Shown here piece after piece: positions 63,395-64,000 of a stretch of 64,000 bases of DNA; position 1 is the stretch's first letter; every line of letters starts with the position of its first letter. The stretch covers positions 36,702-100,701 of IMG/VR virus record IMGVR_UViG_3300037851_000950. One strand, given 5' to 3'. This DNA is from a virus. Position numbers and translations under genes: made by a program. The notes under the pieces were generated by a model. The model saw only the letters and a program-made list of their open reading frames with translations. It ran no database searches and was not told the DNA's origin.

Positions 63395-64000
63395 TAAGAA
63401 AATAACTGGGGTGTTTGTTGAGGAACAATAAGTTTCTTGGCCTCAATAATGTACCATTCCAGGTTAATCTGATTGTCTTCGATCGCTTCAAAGAGATTGT
63501 TCATTACCGTAACGTATCCGTCTGAGTGAATCTTAGAGCGAATTTTCTCAGTCTCCTGGATCAACACATAACCGACCTTGGTGACCAAATACCGAATAGT
63601 CTTTGGAGCCTCGATTTCTACACCGTAGTTATCCAAAAGAACCATCTTTCCAGTCTTAGAGCGCTTGTACATGAAGAAATCAGATGTAGGAAATGTCAAT
63701 ATTGATTCTCCGATTGGAGTACCTTTTACAAACCATTCCTCAACGGCTTTTGTGACAATGCGCATGCTTGGGTCCTTGTGCCAATCCTGATCAACTACGA
63801 AAGCGCCTTTGGATTTTACTGATCCGGTGTAAGTCAATCCGATGTAGTTGTTAACATCACGGATCATGAGTTTCTTGTACTTGCTTACGCTAACAGGCAT
63901 TCCAGTATAAGCTTTCCACTCGTTAAGCGTTTTATCATACTGCTCGCAATCTTTTACCTGGATTTCCATACCGTCCGTGTTCACCATGATCACATTTCCT
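63394..64000 (-). CDS. polB: Family B DNA polymerase, C-terminal part (truncated by the window)
   Basis: Motif C VNTDG, DVNNY, KSKG and C-terminal INLEWYI.EA, as in crAss-like PolB. Confidence 0.85.
   Translation of the reverse strand, partial: GNVIMVNTDGMEIQVKDCEQYDKTLNEWKAYTGMPVSVSKYKKLMIRDVNNYIGLTYTGSVKSKGAFVVDQDWHKDPSMRIVTKAVEEWFVKGTPIGESILTFPTSDFFMYKRSKTGKMVLLDNYGVEIEAPKTIRYLVTKVGYVLIQETEKIRSKIHSDGYVTVMNNLFEAIEDNQINLEWYIIEAKKLIVPQQTPQLFS

Noticed and set aside
1-64000. Stop-codon reassignment (TAG/TGA), as in some Crassvirales
   Set aside because: Genes up to 13 kb are uninterrupted in the standard code, coding density is near complete, and TAA, TGA and TAG all end genes at sensible junctions.
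1-64000. CRISPR array, tRNA or rRNA genes
   Set aside because: Intergenic gaps are under ~100 nt and I saw no spaced nucleotide direct repeats or cloverleaf; all repeats found are intragenic protein repeats. A tRNAscan run would confirm.

Overview
This window is a 64-kb fragment of a crAss-like (Crassvirales-related) podophage genome in the standard genetic code. The host is probably Bacteroidota: starts are A-rich without Shine-Dalgarno motifs, one signal peptide has Gln at +1, and there is one TTG-N19-TAnnTTT(A) promoter candidate. The plus strand (1-49824) carries late/virion genes: two cargo/ejection proteins; a 4420-aa virion RNA polymerase polyprotein (membrane helices, SF1 helicase-like domain, two-barrel RNAP with GADQDIDK, HExxH zincin); a 1603-aa ejection protein (ART-PolyVal-like domain, PD-(D/E)XK nuclease, C-terminal membrane helix); about 26 kb of mosaic tail-fibre/receptor-binding genes; and a lysis cassette. 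The minus strand (49914-64000) carries the replication module: PolB (partial), SF2 helicase, DnaB-like helicase, AAA_24 ATPase, SSB, primase, RusA-like resolvase, PD-(D/E)XK exonuclease, UDG, a MoxR-AAA+/vWA pair and an apparently inactive dNMP kinase. The two halves converge on a UUCG-hairpin terminator. The best candidate for an undescribed system is a virion-injected, translationally coupled RNAP/helicase/protease plus ADP-ribosyltransferase/nuclease machine. Other candidates are a triplicated ~90-aa fibre adaptor module, a possible ruler-templated filament cassette and the dNMP pseudokinase. All calls come from motif recognition by eye; no database searches were run.
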